64,000 bases of DNA from Bugula neritina. Taxonomy: Eukaryota; Animalia; Bryozoa. Below, piece after piece: positions 61,201-64,000 of the stretch. Position 1 is the stretch's first letter; each line of letters starts with the position of its first letter. The translations under genes were made by a program, and so were the position numbers. The notes under the pieces are model-generated. The model made no database searches. It was not told the DNA's origin and worked only from the letters and a program-made list of their open reading frames with translations. The stretch covers positions 14,827,675-14,891,674 of the forward strand of contig OZ037768.1 in the NCBI GenBank assembly GCA_964035545.1. Reading direction: 5' to 3'.

Positions 61201-64000
61201 GCAACATACTGAAATACACTGCAAGATACTGCAAAATACTGAAATACATTGTGAGATACCTAAATACACTGCAACATACTGCAACTTACTGCAACATATT
61301 GAAATCCATTGTAACATATTGAAAAACACTGCAACACATTGAAATATACCGCAACATACCGAAGTATATGGTAGCCTACTGAAATATACTGCGACATACT
61401 GAAATACACTGTAACGTACTAAAATACACTGCAACATACTGAAATACACTGTAACATATTAAAATACACTGCAACACACTGAAATATACTGAAACATACC
61501 GAAATATATGGTAACCCACTGAAATATGTTGCAAACCACTGAAATAGACTGCAACATACTGCAACATAATGAAGTATACTGCAACAGACTGAAATATACG
61601 GCAAGAAACTGCAACACACCGAAATACACTGTAACATACTGAAGTACACTGCAACATACTGAAATATACTGCATGATACTGCAACATACTGATACACATT
61701 GTAAGATACTGAAATACACTGCAACATACCGCAACATACTGCAACGTATTGAAATACACTGTAACATATTGAAAAACACTGCAACACATTGAAATATACT
61801 GCAACATACTGAAACATACGGCAACATACTGAAATATACTGCGACACATTGAAATATAGTGCAACATACTGAAATATGCTGTAGCATACTGAAACACACT
61901 GCAATACACTGAAGTATACTGTAATATACAGGAACGTACTGTAACATACTGAAACATACGGCAACATACTAAAATATACTACGACACATTGAAAGATCCT
62001 GCAACATACTGAAATACACTGTAACATACTGAAATACACTGCAACATACTGTAATATACTGCAAGATACTGCAACATACTGAAACACATTGTAAGATACT
62101 GAAATGCATTGCAACATACCGCAACATACTGCAACGTATTGAAATACACTGTAACATATTGAAAAACACTGCAACACATTGAAATATACTGCAACATACT
62201 GAAATATACTGCAAGATACTGCAAAATACTGAAATACATTGTGAGATACCTAAATACACTGCAACATACTGAAATACACTGTAACATACTGAAATACACT
62301 GCAACATACTGAAATATACTGCAAGATACTGCAACATACTGAAACACATTGTAAGATACTGAAATGCACTGCAACATACCGCAACATACTGCAACGTATT
62401 GAAATACACTGTAACATATTGAAAAACACTGCAACACATTGAAATATACTGCAACATACTGAAATATACTGCAAGATACTGCAAAATACTGAAATACATT
62501 GTGAGATACCTAAATACACTGCAACATACTGCAACATACTGCAACATATTGAAATACACTGTAACATATTGAAAAACACTGCAACACATTGAAATATACC
62601 GCAACATACCGAAGTATATGGTAGCCCACTGAAATATACTGCGACATACTGAAATACACTGTAACGTACTAAAATACACTGCAACATACTGAAATACACT
62701 GTAACATATTAAAATACACTGCAACACACTGAAATATACTGAAACATACCGAAATATATGGTAACCCACTGAAATATGTGGCAAACCACTGAAATAGACT
62801 GCAACATACTGCAACATAATGAAGTATACTGCAACAGACTGAAATATACGGCAAGAAACTGCAACACACCGAAATACACTGTAACATACTGAAGTACACT
62901 GCAACATACTGAAATATACTGCATGATACTGCAACATACTGATACACATGTAAGATACTGAAATACACTGCAACATACCGCAACATACTGCAACGTATTG
63001 AAATACACTGTAACATATTGAAAAACACTGCAACACCTTGAAATATACTGCAACATACTGAAACATACGGCAACATACTGAAATTTACTGCGACACATTG
63101 AAATATAGTGCAACATACTGAAATATACTGTAGCATACTGAAATACACTGCAATACACTGAAGTATACTGTAATATACAGGAACGTACTGTAACATACTG
63201 AAACATACGGCAACATACTAAAATATACTGCGACACATTGAAAGATCCTGCAACATACTGAAATACACCGTAACATACTAAACTCCACTGCGACATTCTG
63301 AAATACACTGTAACACATTAAAATACACTGCAACACATTGAATTATACTGAAATACATCGTAGGATACTGAAATACACTGCAAGATATTGCAACATAATG
63401 GAATATATGGTAACCTACTGAAATATGTTGAAAACTACTGAAATATACTGCAACATAATGCAACATAATGAAAGAGACTGCAACATACTGATATAAACTG
63501 CAAGATACTGCAACATACTGAAATACACTGCAACACACTGAAGTATACTGTAATATACAGAAATGTACTGTAAAATACTGAAATATACTTCAACATACTG
63601 AAAACTACCTAAAAATATTGAAACATACTGATATACACTGAAACATACTGAAATACACTGCAACACATTGGAATATACTGCAACATACTGAAATATATGG
63701 TAACCTACTGAAGTATGTTGCAAACAACTGAAATATACTGCAACATACTGAAATAAGCCAGAACATACTGAAATACACTGCAACATACTGAAATACACTG
63801 TAACAAATTGAAATACACTGCAACACACTGAAATATACTGAAACATACCGAAATATAAGGTAACCTACTGAAATATGTTGCAAACCACTGAAACATCCTG
63901 CATAATCCTGCAACAAAATGAAATAAACGGTAACACTGAAGCATACTGCAATATACTGAAATACACTGTAACATACTAAGACATACTGCAACATACCGAA
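58300..64000. repeat. Diverged, irregular flank-type satellite domain with local duplications
   Basis: No regular 3.4-kb period. Characteristic variants: ATTGTGAGATACCT, GTGGCAAACC, ACAGGAACGT, AAAGATCCT, ATCGTAGGAT, GCCAGAACAT. Internal offsets: 1,987 (59432/61419), 3,237 (59432/62669), 3,097 (60508/63605) and 260 (62241/62501). Confidence 0.85.

Larger units (their letters stand above)
1..64000. repeat. Satellite DNA array of 10-bp monomers (consensus ACTG[C/A/T]AA[C/T]A[T/C]), head-to-tail in one orientation, extending to both window ends
   Basis: Every line parses into 10-mers such as ACTGCAACAT, ACTGAAATAT, ACTGAAATAC and ACTGTAACAT. The register relative to the printed 10-nt blocks stays constant for kilobases and shifts only at a few recurrent 8- or 9-bp monomers. 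Confidence 0.99.

Noticed and set aside
61969-63066. Longest ORF (365 aa, minus strand) and all other minus-strand ORFs as genes
   Set aside because: They are pure translations of the 10-mer, equally open in three overlapping frames, with no domain-like sequence. This one is long only because of local variants such as GGTAGCCC (removing a stop) and a 1-bp deletion near 62,949.
1-64000. CRISPR-like array with the GGTAACC or CATCATCC modules as repeats
   Set aside because: The intervening sequence is the same satellite rather than unique spacers, spacing is irregular and long, and there are no cas genes.
1-64000. Telomeric repeat tract
   Set aside because: The strand bias is suggestive, but the minus-strand unit (ATGTTGCAGT/ATATTTCAGT) has no G-runs. 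Variant order is inherited in kb-scale HORs, which indicates recombinational amplification and not telomerase synthesis.
1-64000. Transposon insertion, inversion or embedded unique sequence
   Set aside because: No break in the monomer pattern or change of orientation was seen by eye. The apparent inverted motif ATATGTTGCA is explained by two substitutions in register.
1-64000. Methylation-driven CpG decay or RIP signature (ACCG/ACTG, GCGA/GCAA, ACGT/ACAT, TGCA/TGTA)
   Set aside because: The consensus is so rich in TG and CA that ordinary transitions produce these pairs. Direction cannot be polarised without an outgroup and counted mutation spectra.

Overview
The whole 64 kb is one uninterrupted, single-orientation satellite DNA array, with no genes, RNA genes, transposon insertions or unique sequence. 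The basic unit is a 10-bp monomer whose main variants are ACTGCAACAT, ACTGAAATAT, ACTGAAATAC and ACTGTAACAT, often alternating as a ~20-bp dimer. The + strand is strongly A-rich and G-poor. Variant monomers are ordered into nested higher-order repeats (HORs): a possible ~140-150 bp intermediate unit, ~1.0-1.25 kb core-to-core subunits, a ~3.35 kb HOR (left domain, ~0.6-35.8 kb), a ~3.42-3.44 kb HOR (right domain, ~36.4-58.3 kb), and super-duplications of 4,803, 9,493 and 11,124 bp. A more diverged variant class occupies both ends (1-~590 and ~58.3-64 kb) and survives as relics between and inside the homogeneous domains. This resembles the layered expansion described for eukaryotic centromeric/pericentromeric satellites. 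All listed ORFs are translations of the repeat and are rejected as genes. I see no protein-coding system. The most interesting signal is the multi-scale architecture, which could mark a centromere-like locus (inference only). The taxon cannot be assigned from this window. Domain boundaries were read by eye and are approximate (about +/-50-100 bp). Periods come from landmark coordinates and offsets between matching ORFs.
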